Notes: generated by a model not told the origin, from the letters alone. A DNA stretch of 37,460 nt from Octopus bimaculoides (GCF_001194135.2 NC_068986.1:69101014-69138473); one strand, 5' to 3'; positions 22,614 through 34,605 are shown, numbered from the stretch's first letter. Numbers and translations are program-made.

Positions 22614-24562
22614 ATATCCATGCATCATATATGATAAACATTACCATTTTTTTTTCAACTCCTAGAATAACTTGGGACTTATGACAGGAAAGCTTTATAT
22701 TGCTCAGAACATAAGACATAAGGGTCAACTAAAAGTGAGAAAACAGGTATGGGTGATTAGGTAGAATTTACGGAAATACTTTGATCAGAAAAATGGTTAA
22801 AAATCTACAACTGAGAACTGAAACCGGCTTGGAAAGTTGAATCTCAGGAAACATACGTTTCATTCAGCAAAGCCATCCATAGGTATTATCATCTGAATTA
22901 ATATAGGTTATATAAACTTAAAGGTAATATGTAAATTTCGTAGTATTTACGTTAATACTACGGTATTTTTATAATTATACTACATAAAAATTCCTCAGCC
23001 AATCAAGAACGAGCAAAATGCAGACCAGAGACTACAAGATCCCGAACAAGTAGTTACAACAGTGATAATATTGTAACTAATCATATGAGCTGAGAGTTGT
23101 AAAGTTTTGCATTCCCTATTAATATAATGTTGAATAAACTCCTATATAACACAATTATCCACGTTATTTTACCAGACACTCCTTGCGCTACCTACATACA
23201 TGTGTCTACCTGAGCGAAATGCAAAGAGGCGGAGAAACAGATGTAAAGTGAAAAATAAAAGTTCAATTATCAACACAAATCTTTTGATATTTAATATTGA
23301 TTATTTTCAATCGATAAACTTTCAAAAGACATAGCTGTGAATTATAACAGGCTGCATATCGTCATTTATCTATTATTTTCGTTCATTTTGTACCGTTTTT
23401 TCTTAATTTACATTTTAGCCTGTTTGTTTGTTTGTATTTCTTTTTTTTTTTTTTTTTTTTTTGTAGCAAGCTTGAACTGATTTTGAATTTTTCTAAGAAA
23501 TGTATTCTCTTCAAAGCTGGAATTTTTTCTATTTTCCAAATTCAGAATTAAACAAATTATAAAAATAACTTCTTACTGTATAACGCTGAAATAATTTTAT
23601 ATTTATGCTACGTATTCAGTAAAACTCTATCCAAAATGGCTGACTAGCCACGTTACACTGCAATTTTGTTCACCGTTGATCATTATCTCCCCTTCCATGA
23701 ATTTTCAATTACTGATTTTTAAAAGCCAAGTGAAAAATAAGACCATAAATCTCTTCCAATAACAAGATTGCAGTGAAGTTGCGAATAAAGCAAAGTTTTT
23801 AAGCAGATTCTCAGGTTTAGAATCGAAGAAACATTTAACAGTTTTGAAAATCTGTTGGTAATTATTTAACGGCAAAATCAAATATTTTATTTAGTTAGAA
23901 TGGCGTCGCAAAGAATAACCTCTCAATAAATACCGTCTCGATTAGTTCTATTCCTTCAGCTTCCTTTAACGCCAGAAGAGAACAGATAAACGGTTAATAT
24001 TTATTTCGAAATATAATTTTTTTTTGTTTGTTCTGGAATAATATCATTTGTTTTAATCTATAAATATAGCTGCAAAAATTTCTTTTGCAGGAATTTATTG
24101 TATTTCTTTTGTATTTCTTATTGTATTTCTTTTCCTCTATCTATTTGCAACTTTGTTTCTTCTATTGATTCTCTGAAGATGCTTGCTTTTTGTTCTGGAA
24201 CTATCTTGTGGAGAATAGATAAGAACAGGGATTTAAAAAAAAAACAAAGAGAGAGAGAGAGAGAGAGATTGGAAGAGAAAGAGAGACACAGAGAGAGAGA
24301 TATAGCAAGAGAAGTAGAGAGACAGAAAGGAACAGAGAGTAATTAAGAAAGTTTGAGAGACTAGGAGAAAAAGAAATTTAGAGAATAAGAGGCAGAAAGA
24401 ACTTCAGTTGAAAGTAAAAACTAAACGAAAAACAAAAAGAAAACTTTTGTTTCTATTATAAAATCCGTATCCCGCATTATTTTGCTCGTATTTTATTGTT
24501 AGTTTCGTATAGAGGAAGTTCTGCACCGTTTCCTCTCTGCACGCACACACACACACACACAA

Positions 24563-24600
<38 letters not shown>

Positions 24601-24709
24601 ACATACATGTATGAAAGTATATGTATATAAATATATATAACTTTTTATTTCTTTCGCTCCCTCTTTCTCTCTTTTTCTTCCTCACTCCTCTTTTTTCTCT
24701 CCCTCACTT

Positions 24710-24743
<34 letters not shown>

Positions 24744-25329
24744 CGTCACTCTCTTCCCTTCTCTTTCTTTCTCTCCCTTTCTCACTTCACTTTATATCCC
24801 ACATCGCTATTTATTTTCTCTTTCACATACTCTTATACCTATTCCCCCTCTCTCTCTTTCTCTCTCTACCTTCTCCCTCATACACTCTCTCTCTACCTTC
24901 TCTCACACTCTCTTTTTCTCTCACTCTCTTCATTACTCATACCGTTTCTCTTTTCCCACTCAAAGACAACAAAAACGAAGACACAAAACATTGTCTTTTA
25001 TTAAAATTTCATTTCTTCCCCCCAGGGACAACTTGAGATTTTTTGCTTAATCATTTATAAATTTCTTGTTGTTTTAATAAGGGTGGCGGGGTTGTAGCTT
25101 CTTGCATTTATGCCAATAGAATGGCTTTTATGATGTATTTATTCCACCTGTGCAGAGAAATTTAAATATCTCTCTGTGCGTAGAAATATGAAGTGGAAAG
25201 AAAACTACTTCGAAACGGACTCACAAAAGTAGCAAGGAAAAACAACGATGCAAATATATCATTAACAAACTGACGAAGTTCTAAAGCATTAAAACAAAAA
25301 AAAGCATTTCTCTATCTCTCTCTCTCGCC

Positions 25330-25368
<39 letters not shown>

Positions 25369-25372
25369 TCTT

Positions 25373-25445
<73 letters not shown>

Positions 25446-25449
<4 letters not shown>

Positions 25450-25760
25450 TACATACATACTACATACATACATACTACATATATATATGCTACATACATA
25501 CATGCATACATACATACATACATACTACATACATACACACATGCTACATACATACATACATACATACATACATACTACATACTACATACATAATACTACA
25601 TACATACTACATAAATACATACATACTACATACATACATACATAGTACATACATACATACATAGTACATACATACATACGTACATACGTGCATACATACA
25701 TACATACATACATACATACATACATACATACATACATACTACATGCATACATACATACAT
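25446..25760. repeat. (TACA)n microsatellite with TAC interruptions
   Basis: Seen directly. Confidence 0.95.
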
Positions 25761-25835
25761 GTTTGTGTATTTATGTGTGCATGTATGTGCTTAGATATGC
25801 ATGTATATGTGTACGCATACTCTTTTACACTTCGA

Positions 25836-25879
25836 CCTGTTTCAGTCATGTGACTGCGGCCATGCTGGAGCACCGCCTC
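25836..25879 (-). mobile_element. SINE family A terminal tail fragment
   Basis: cctgtttcagtcatgtgactgcggccatgctggagcaccgcctc. Confidence 0.85.
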
Positions 25880-25938
25880 GACACAAAAAAATGAAAAATA
25901 AATACACACACACACACACACACACATATATACATACA

Positions 25939-26100
25939 GGTGCAGGTGTGGCTGTGTGGTAAGATGTTTCCTTCCCAACCACACGATTCCGGGTTCAGTC
26001 CAACTGCGTGATAGCTTAGGCAAGTGCCTTGTACTATACCCACGGGCTAGCCAGAGTTTGTGAGTGGATTTGGTAGGTGGAAACTGAAGGAAACCCGTCG
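25939..26100 (+). mobile_element. SINE family A head
   Basis: ggtgcaggtgtggctgtgtggtaag...ccgggttcagtcc...gtgagtggatttggtaggtggaaactgaaggaaacccgtcg. Confidence 0.92.
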
Positions 26101-26327
26101 CATATGTGTGAGCATGTGTGGGTGTGGGTGTGTGTGTGTGTGTAGATATAAATATATATATATGCTTATATATTTATGTATATATATGTATGTGTATAGG
26201 AATATATATATATGTTGTTGTACTTGGGGATGGTCATATTGCCAGTTTAGCCAATAAATACACACGCACTGTATATTTGGTGTTAATTTGCTTCAGCTTT
26301 ATATTACATTAATCTTAATCTTATTTC

Positions 26328-26372
26328 GGCCAGAGTTCTTTCGTCACACTTCTGTGACCTCATCAGTGGTCC
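26328..26372 (-). ncRNA. Minimal type-I hammerhead ribozyme motif with an intact core
   Basis: The minus strand reads GGACCA CUGAUGA G GUCACA gaag UGUGAC GAAA G AA CUC UGGCC. Stem II is a perfect 6 bp, stem I is CCA/UGG plus GG/CC around a bulge, and the CUC triplet gives predicted cleavage between 26333 and 26332. Confidence 0.85.
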
Positions 26373-26664
26373 TTTGTTTCCTTCTTTCTTATGTGTGTCT
26401 CACCTTGCTAACTATCAGCCATATATANNNNNNNNNNNNNNNNNNNNNNNNNNNNNNNNNNNNNNNNNNNNNNNNNNNNNNNNNNNNNNNNNNNNNNNNN
26501 NNNNNNNNNNNNNNNNNNNNNNNNNNNNNNNNNNNNNNNNNNNNNNNNNNNNNNNNNNNNNNNNNNNNNNNNNNNNNNNNNNNNNNNNNNNNNNNNNNNN
26601 NNNNNNNNNNNNNNNNNNNNNNNNNNNNNNNNNNNNATATATATATATATATATATACAGCTAA

Positions 26665-27146
26665 ATTTTAACTCTCATTTCTAGCAACTGTAGGTGTTAT
26701 TTTGCACCCTCAATCATTAATTTTACCCTTTTGGTTTTATTTGCTAACGGGCCTCCTCCTATATTGTAATGTATTTAATATATCTTAAGTTATTAATATA
26801 TTATTATATCTTATTGTGTTTCACTATACGCATTAATCCTTTTGAATTTTAGCGCTCGCTTTTTAACGGGGTTTTTTTTTTCATGAGCTAGTGGGAAGCA
26901 GGCTTTCTCTTATATCCGGAGAAGTGGTGGAAGTCACTGATGAGAAACAAGGTCATGTTGATCAAATTTCGAAGTCACGTGATAAGTTCTGTCTAACTTC
27001 TTCATTCGGTGAGCTTATCTCACCAGGGAAAGATATTTTGTCCTGCTCGCTCGCAATTCCCGTATATCTCATGAGGTTAGTGCTTTATGTAACTGTGCGA
27101 GTTACATTTTGACTCTCATTTCTAGCAATTGCTATTTTGCATACTC
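26665..27146 (+). mobile_element. ~480-bp element bounded by ~45-bp degenerate direct repeats and containing a degenerate hammerhead; probably PLE-derived
   Basis: atttt(a/g)actctcatttctagcaa(c/t)tg at 26665-26690 and 27106-27131, each followed by tattttgca..ctca. Internal CUGAUGA at 26937-26943. Confidence 0.55.
26930..27000 (+). ncRNA. Degenerate hammerhead-like motif
   Basis: GAAGUCA CUGAUGA GAAA...UUUC GAAG ucacgugauaaguucu GUC UAACUUC. Stem I pairs 6/7 and stem II has 4 bp, with a GUC triplet. The core has GAAA->GAAG and stem III is poorly formed. Confidence 0.45.
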
Positions 27147-27157
27147 ATTTTATATAC

Positions 27158-27320
27158 GACAGACTTCTTTCAATTTCCGTCTATCAAATGCACTCACAAG
27201 GCTCTGGTCGGCCCGAGGCTATAGTAGAAGACACTTGCCCAAAGTGCAACGCAGTGGGACTAAACCCAGAAACCATGTGGTTGGGAAGCATGCTTCTTAC
27301 CACACAGCCACTCCTGCGCC
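27158..27320 (-). mobile_element. SINE family A head
   Basis: Near-consensus copy ending cttaccacacagccactcctgcgcc. Confidence 0.95.
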
Positions 27321-27745
27321 TTTCATATATGTACGTATGTATGTGTGTGTGTATGTATGTATGTATGAAGGTATGTATGTATGCATGCATGCATGTATGT
27401 ATGTATAATTGTTTGTATAGAAATTTCTGTCCGATTACGTGTGAACTTGTTGAAATCTGATCTTAAAAGGTCTAAGTAGAGGTGGCATTCACCAACGTTC
27501 AATCATTTCCTTTTGAGCAACAACCATATTTTGATATATTAATTTCGTATGAGAAGAACCCGTCAGAGAGTCAAGGAAAGAACATATGTATAACTGTATG
27601 GTTTTCCTTGTTCATGAAGTGTATAAATACAGGCAAGGCGTCAATATATTCGGAAGGTTAATGGTCAAAATGTAATGATTGAAAGCAGTTTGAAATATTC
27701 AAACTCGGCAACTTCACTTCACTTGATGAACCAAGATCAGGGCAT

Positions 27746-28009
27746 CTTTTATATCTTACCTTTCACTTGTTTCTGTGCCATGCTGGGGCACAATGCGAGC
27801 GAATCAATCCCAGAAAACACACAAACACTGGTTGCCAAGCGGTGGTTTGAGACAAACACAGATACAAACGTGTGCACACACGCGTATGCGCGCACTCACA
27901 ACGATTTGGTTGGACCAAGGCTATAGAAGAAGATACTTGCCCAAAGTGCCACACAGTGGAACTGAACCCGAAATCACATGGTTGGGAATCAAACTGCTTA
28001 CCACACAGC
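27746..28009 (-). mobile_element. SINE family A, internally deleted, inserted in the mariner fossil
   Basis: Tail remnant gccatgctggggcac and head ggctatagaagaagatacttgcccaaagtgccacacagtggaactgaacccgaa. It lies between the RSG-like motif and the second HTH. Confidence 0.85.
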
Positions 28010-28614
28010 TTTGACCTCTCTGTCTGACGCATCATTTACAAGGAATCCTGCCGTGAAAGCGAGATAGCTTTCTACTAAACTTAATACAAACATCATGGCC
28101 ATTATTTGATGGTGCTATGAATGGTTTCAAAGTAGAGGGAAATGGATTCCATGTTCCTTCATCAGCGAATCTGTGAATTTCTCAATGCACGTTACCCACA
28201 AGTACAGTTATTAAAACTGGATTGTGACTAGAGCAGAGGAATAGATTCTTGTGAGCAATTTTAAGTATTTCAGAAAGTTATTACGCTATAATCAACAACA
28301 TGTCCCACATCCACGAGGAGGCCTTCACTCCCAAAACATATGTAGTGTTTGGTGAGATGCGGAATCAATTATCCATTATGAATTTTTAAGACCGAATAAA
28401 AATCACACTAACTTCACTGTTTGAGGACAGTTTTGGATCAGTTCGTCCTGCCTTAAAAAAATGCAGGGCGGGGGTCATCCCCTCTCATCACGATTATGCT
28501 CAACCCCACGAAGCACAACTCACCAAAAATATTCCGGAAGCGTTCTGATAGAAAGAATTGCTACAACCTCCATATTTTCCAAACCTTGCTTCATCGACCT
28601 CCATATATTTAGAT

Positions 28615-28840
28615 TAGTGGTTCTTAACCATTTTTTTTTATCTACGGACCCCTTTACTCAGTGGGGTCCCTCATTGCCATTCGATGTCTAAAAGCTCCTA
28701 TTATAATTTTATAATTAAATATTATTAGGAAATGTATAAATAATTGTTAAAATATTTTGTGTAATGTAGAAATATAACCAATTTATGGCACATAAAATTT
28801 AGCAGCATCTCAAATGGATCCCCAAGGTTGAGAACCACTG
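28615..28840. mobile_element. hAT (Charlie-like) MITE with an 8-bp TSD
   Basis: TIRs tagtggttcttaacc / ggttgagaaccactg (CAGTGGTTCTCAAC type). TSD atttagat (28607-28614) / atttaaat (28841-28848). Confidence 0.9.
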
Positions 28841-29229
28841 ATTTAAATCTTTGCAAAATCATTTAGACAGTAAAACGTACGGCCAGAGTGGAACATGAAG
28901 AAAATAATTTAGATATGATTTTAATTCGAATCCCAAAAATTGTTTCAAATCAGGCATTAAAATACTTACAAGCAGAGAGAGAGAAAAACATTAAGATTCC
29001 ATAGATGATTAAAGTTGTTGTATTAAATACGTTTGTACTTTTAAAGAAATATTAAAAATCAGACAGACGCTTCGATACAACTTGATATATATGAATGTGT
29101 ATGTATAAACACAAATATGCACATATATGTATGGATATATATTTATACAAATATGCATATATTATTTCCTATTAATATAATAATATATGTATAAACGGTC
29201 GTATATATATGTGTGTGTGTGTATATGTC

Positions 29230-29304
<75 letters not shown>

Positions 29305-29739
29305 NNNNNNNNNNNNNNNNNNNNNNNNNNNNNNNNNNNNNNNNNNNNNNNNNNNNNNNNNNNNNNNNNNNNNNNNNNNNNNNNNNNNNNNNNNNNNNNN
29401 NNNNNNNNNNNNNNNNNNNNNNNNNNNNNNNNNNNNNNNNNNNNNNNNNNNNNNNNNNNNNNNNNNNNNNNNNNNNNNNNNNNNNNNNNNNNNNNNNNNN
29501 NNNNNNNNNNNNNNNNNNNNNNNNNATACATGTTGGCCTAGATACATAAACTCATATGCATAAAATGTAATTATATCTACATTTTCACATAAATACACAC
29601 GCAACCAGAAACACATACACGTATATTTACCAATATATTATGTATGATTTTCTATTGATGCGCACGAGAATGCAAATGCATCTACAAGATGGGAGCGTTG
29701 CATATAAATGAATACACTGGAGGTGAGATCACGCATGTA

Positions 29740-29780
<41 letters not shown>

Positions 29781-30434
29781 CATAATGTATAAACATACAT
29801 ACAAATATGCGCGTGTGTGTATGTGTGTGTGTGTTTATACAGAGATACATGCATCTGTCATCTATATACTTATCTACTTATGTATGTTCGTTTACGAATG
29901 TACGCGTGCATGAGAATGTGCGTACTTTTTATGTTTTTGTGGGGAGGGTGGATTGTGCGTGTGTGTGTGGTTGTGAGTGTTTGTATGTGCGTGTTTGTGT
30001 GTGTGTGGTTGTGAGTGTTTGTATGTGCGTGTTTGTGTGTGTGTGAGCGTGTGTGTGTGGCATATGAACTCAATAATGGGCAGCAATTGTTTATAGAAAA
30101 TATATATGTTTGTTGATGCAGACTGCTGAAACAATCACAGAAAAATCAATACGTTTTTTTTTTCTTATTCTTCTGCAGAATATTATCTTCTGTTGCATTC
30201 TCTATCATTTTATTCACCATGCAATTTCACAGACACTTCATTAGCTCCATATAACTTACAGTAGTGATTTGAATATAATTTCAAGAAAAGCAGACGATAA
30301 CGTCCAGTATATTTTACAATTTTCTAATCAATTGAAGAAAACCAGACGATATTATGTATACTGTTGATTTCTTCTCTCCGGTTTTATTTTTCTGTGGACT
30401 AGATTTTACTCTTCTTATTTTTTATTCATATTGT

Positions 30435-30503
<69 letters not shown>

Positions 30504-31243
30504 NNNNNNNNNNNNNNNNNNNNNNNNNNNNNNNNNNNNNNNNNNNNNNNNNNNNNNNNNNNNNNNNNNNNNNNNNNNNNNNNNNNNNNNNNNNNNNNNN
30601 NNNNNNNNNNNNNNNNNNNNNNNNNNNNNNNNNNNNNNNNNNNNNNNNNNNNNNNNNNNNNNNNNNNNNNNNNNNNNNNNNNNNNNNNNNNNNNNNNNNN
30701 NNNNNNNNNNNNNNNNNNNNNNNNNNNNNNNNNNNNNNNNNNNNNNNNNNNNNNNNNNNNNNNNNNNNNNNNNNNNNNNNNNNNNNNNNNNNNNNNNNNN
30801 NNNNNNNNNNNNNNNNNNNNNNNNNNNNNNNNNNNNNNNNNNNNNNNNNNNNNNNNNNNNNNNNNNNNNNNNNNNNNNNNNNNNNNNNNNNNNNNNNNNN
30901 NNNNNNNNNNNNNNNNNNNNNNNNNNNNNNNNNNNNNNNNNNNNNNNNNNNNNNNNNNNNNNNNNNNNNNNNNNNNNNNNNNNNNNNNNNNNNNNNNNNN
31001 NNNNNNNNNTATATATATATATATATATATGAGTGTGTATGCATGTATGCATTCATGCGTACGTGTGTGTATTTCTTGTATATAGGAAAAATATACATTA
31101 TGTACTTTTCCGGCACAAGTTAGCATTACTGCACTGATTTAAAATAACAGTATTTATGGTTCTAAGTAGTGAACATTTGCATTAGAAAGAAAATGCAACG
31201 TTTGTGACTTTTCTCATCGTATGCTTGCTTTGTGTTAAGTCAA

Positions 31244-31410
31244 TACGGCGAACTTGCAAAATCTGTCTGAAATCTGCGTTCTGAGTTCAAATGCCATCAA
31301 CATGTTTATACCCACAAAGTTGATTAAATGAACTGATTTGAAATCGATGTTATCAATTACCCATTCCCCTCAAAAGTGCGGGGGTTTGCACCCAACTTAA
31401 AAACAATTAT
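31244..31410 (+). mobile_element. SINE family B, highly diverged or deleted
   Basis: ggcgaacttgcaaaatc...gcgttctgagttcaaatgcc...cccctcaaaagtgcgggggtttgcacc. Confidence 0.6.
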
Positions 31411-32254
31411 AGGATTCACCTGGTGTGTCCGTGGTTAAGACTATCATACGGGAAACAACCCCTTCCAGCTTAGTATTGCATTGGAAGTTTGAATTTTTAA
31501 TTAGAGTGAAGAAAAAAGTGCACTGCATGTTTTTATTTTCTTACAAGTTATAAATTCCTTGAAATTTTCAGTGCTTTGTACAATTATTATTATTATTATC
31601 TTGCACAAAAACAAAGAAAAAACTGAATTGGAACAGTTTGCAGGTATTTAACTTACTGTTAACAAATGTAATATGTGATATGTTAATGAGTAAACTAGAA
31701 ATGAAGACAATGAAAAGTATACCAAAACCTTAGAAGATAAAATTTTGATTTATTAAACGTATACCACTACCACTTTTTACCACTTTTTACCGGGAGGGTT
31801 GTACAGTCTCACTATGCGACACAAAATTGCTGATTTGAAACGGTACAACTTCCCTGGAATAAAAGAAAGAAAGAAAAGATTAAATAAAAGTATAACAGAT
31901 CAAATCCTTGCGAGAAAAAAGCCATAACTACTTCACTAAAGAAACAAAGAAAAAGAAAAAAAGGGTGAATTAAGAGATGGCGGGTGGAGAATAAGGGGTT
32001 GTACTCCCCAGAAGAAATAGTGAGTTTAGCCGCGCCTCGCGGACATAACTGCAAAGGCGTTACCACGGACAATGGCCTGCGACATTCGCTGCCCCAGCCA
32101 CCATCCACCCCCACGTCGTGGAAATTTGAATAAAGGATTTCTAGAGTAACGTTACTCGACAGGGTGCGTAATTTGGAGATCAGGATGTTTCTCCAGATCG
32201 ATAAGCCACTCTGCATTGATACGTCACAGCTCTGTTAATATGAACGCGTGATTA

Positions 32255-32470
32255 CGATAGGGTGCTGAAAAGTTTCTTACTTTAAGGGTATCGCGGGGGC
32301 TTACTTGAAGGCCTAACCTTCCGAGTTCTTTTACAGGGTTTAGAAAAACTGAAGGACCGCTGCATTAAGTGTGTGAATCTCAGAGGGGAATATGTTGAAT
32401 AAAATCATAATTAACTGATCCTCCTGTATTTTCTTTTACCCAAAGCCAGAAACATTTTAGCACCCCTTCG
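32255..32470 (+). mobile_element. Mariner-derived MITE retaining the transposase C-terminus
   Basis: TIRs cgatagggtgctgaaaagtttc / gaaacattttagcaccccttcg, with TA on the left. The internal sequence encodes LQGLEKLKDRCIKCVNLRGEYVE*. Confidence 0.88.
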
Positions 32471-32588
32471 CAGAATGCCGCAGGAAAGAATCACAAAACG
32501 GATTCTTCAAGCCATGTGAAGTAGAGGGAGACCAAGGGGTAGTTCAAGAATGAGTTGGTTGAATAATATCTAGAGTCTCAGTTGGTAC

Positions 32589-32639
32589 ACTTGGGAATCC
32601 AACCGGAAGTGCAAAGACTTGGGAATCCAACCGGAAGTG
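32589..32639 (+). repeat. 28-bp tandem duplication; each unit contains an ETS-type CCGGAAGTG motif
   Basis: acttgggaatccaaccggaagtg at 32589 and 32617. Confidence 0.85.
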
Positions 32640-32843
32640 TAAATTGCAAAGACAGTTGCTTCCGATAGGACATTATGGAAGAGAAACCTGAGGGCTCTAC
32701 CACCACCACCTTCCCAGGAATGGTGAGTGGTGAAGAGAAATGGATGGAATAATCTAATTTGATTTGTGTCATAGAGCCAACATAACATAAAAACTGGTTT
32801 TCATAATTAAATGAGTCAGTAAACATTGTTGGATATTAAAGTA

Positions 32844-33017
32844 CAGGGTGTCTAAAAACAAAACGAAAAATACCGATTACTCAGCAGAGTTTATTAGAAA
32901 ACACGCAGACAAACACATCTTTATTAGAAACATCTTCCACATAAGCTCCGTTGGTTGCACGCAATAAATAGATACAATATTTTGTGGAAGTTTTAAAGAT
33001 AATTTACAGACAGCCTG
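32844..33017. mobile_element. Tc1/pogo-type MITE with TA TSD
   Basis: ta-cagggtgtct ... agacagcctg-ta. Confidence 0.7.
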
Positions 33018-33019
33018 TA

Positions 33020-33050
33020 TATCAAGTTGTCAGATAAATTTGTTCGTTCA
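33020..33050. mobile_element. Isolated mariner TIR similar to that at 9220
   Basis: gttgtcagataaatttgttcgttc versus gttgtcagataaattcgttcgttt. No partner TIR or transposase motif recognised. Confidence 0.5.
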
Positions 33051-34190
33051 TTAATTTTTTTGTTTCTATTTATTTTAATCCTTACAAATGTTATTTCAGT
33101 TAAGATGAAAGAGTGGTATGAAACAGTTAAGAGAGCTGCATAACAGGTCTTCAGAAACCTGTTATCAGACCTGTTATCAAGTATTTCAGCTCTTAACTAA
33201 GGGGGCCGAGCTGCATCCAGGTCATGTCTCCTAGATGCTGTTCTCTCGATATTTTTTAGTCACCTGAAAACCAAAGACTTGTGCGTTTAAACCGCTTGGC
33301 GATTTCATCTTGTTGGAACTCTTCTCTCTTGACTTGGTTTTCAAACCTATTCTAATAGAAGAAATAACGTTGGCTGTATTGGCAGCAGTGAAACCTCAAC
33401 GCTATCCAAGGACTTATCGAGTTACTTCTCCGAGCGTTAAAACACAAAAGGATTGCCCTCATCGTAGTGTTTTATGACTTCTTTCAAGCTCTACTTTTCC
33501 TCTACAACTTCAGTTTGTTATTTCTCAATTTTGAATATAGTTCACCACTATTTAGACGTACGTCAACGAAACAACAAGTAAAATAAAATAAATGAATTTA
33601 TCCGACAACTCAATAGTTATCTACATATATATATAAATGATTCCATGTATTATACAAACTTTCGAAATTTACAGAAGCTATGCCAAGAGAAATTAATGTG
33701 ATAAATCTAAAGAGTTTGGCAAAGTTAACGCAGCAGAACACCGTTAGACTTTAAAATTGCAAATATATATTTTAGATAAGTCCAAGAATTTCAAAAAATT
33801 CAAGAGAAAAACACAGCCTCTATTAAATTATAAATTAATGAATATTTTGAAATTTCATCGAGATGTCACAATTTTTACATCAATAAGTGTCAATTAACCG
33901 TAGCTTATGGTTGTTACTAATAACTTTCTCCTTTCTCTAAAGCAGAATTTAATGGTTGGTGAAAAGAAATAATATTTAGAATATTCCCAATGCGGCTATA
34001 ATTCACTCATATATGACATTTAAATTTCCATAACATACGAACAAATAGAAAATCAAATTAACTAAGTATTTACCAAGTGAAATAATTATTTGTAGAGATC
34101 AGACACGAGAGATTGAATATTTGTTACATTTAATGGGTTGAGAAGAAGAGAGAGACGAAAGGGAAATAAATTGTTATTGATTAAGAATTA

Positions 34191-34356
34191 GGCGCGGGTA
34201 TGAAACCGGGGGTAAGAAGCTCACTTTGTAACCACGTGGTCTTGGATTCAAGCTCACTGCATGTTACCTTGGGCAAGCGACTTCTTCTAGAACCTCGGAT
34301 CGACCAATGTCATATAAGCGAATTTGGTAGATGTAAACTATGTGCAAATCCGTGTC
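34191..34356 (+). mobile_element. SINE family A head (diverged)
   Basis: ggcgcggg...gtaagaagctc...accacgtggtc...accttgggcaagcgacttctt. Confidence 0.82.
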
Positions 34357-34460
34357 CTGTGTGTATATGTATATATATATATATATATATATNNNNNNNN
34401 NNNNNNNNNNNNNNNNNNNNNNNNNNNNNNNNNNNNNNNNNNNNNNNNNNNGTGTGTGTG

Positions 34461-34557
34461 TATACTTGTTTTAATGTCTGGTACTTATTGTATCATTCTT
34501 TTTTACCGAACGTCTAACTTACGGTTTCGTAAAAAATAAACAAACCAACATAGGTTG

Positions 34558-34560
<3 letters not shown>
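34461..34560 (-). mobile_element. Inverted partial copy of the adjacent SINE A tail
   Basis: Reverse complement of 34641-34741. Confidence 0.85.
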
Positions 34561-34597
<37 letters not shown>

Positions 34598-34605
34598 GTG
34601 TGTGT

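Larger units (their letters stand above)
27406..29085 (+). pseudogene. Near-full-length decayed mariner transposon (DD34D transposase pseudogene) with two nested insertions
   Basis: Degenerate TIRs (ttgtatagaaatttctgtccgatt / aatcagacagacgcttcgatacaa). In order: HILIY*FR; FKLGNFTSLDEPRSGH; NPAVKAR*LSTKLN; GKWIPCS (WVPHEL-like); IVTRAEE*IL (IVTGDEKWI-like); SVW*DAESIIHYEFLRP; HDYAQPH (HDNARPH-like); PPYFPNLASS; FKSLQNHLDSK...SGIK. Many stops and frameshifts. Confidence 0.85.

Noticed and set aside
24165-24235. CUGAAGA followed by a hairpin
   Set aside because: It runs into poly(A)/(GA)n with no GAAA or cleavage triplet.
28125-28175. Minus-strand CUGAUGA...GAAAC
   Set aside because: It lies within the mariner WVPHEL-like region and has no valid stems.
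32035-32115. Minus-strand peptide GGWGSECRRPLSVVTPLQLCPRG resembling part of a TB (8-Cys) domain
   Set aside because: It lacks the CCC and CxxCP cysteines and has no suitable splice sites; treated as coincidence.
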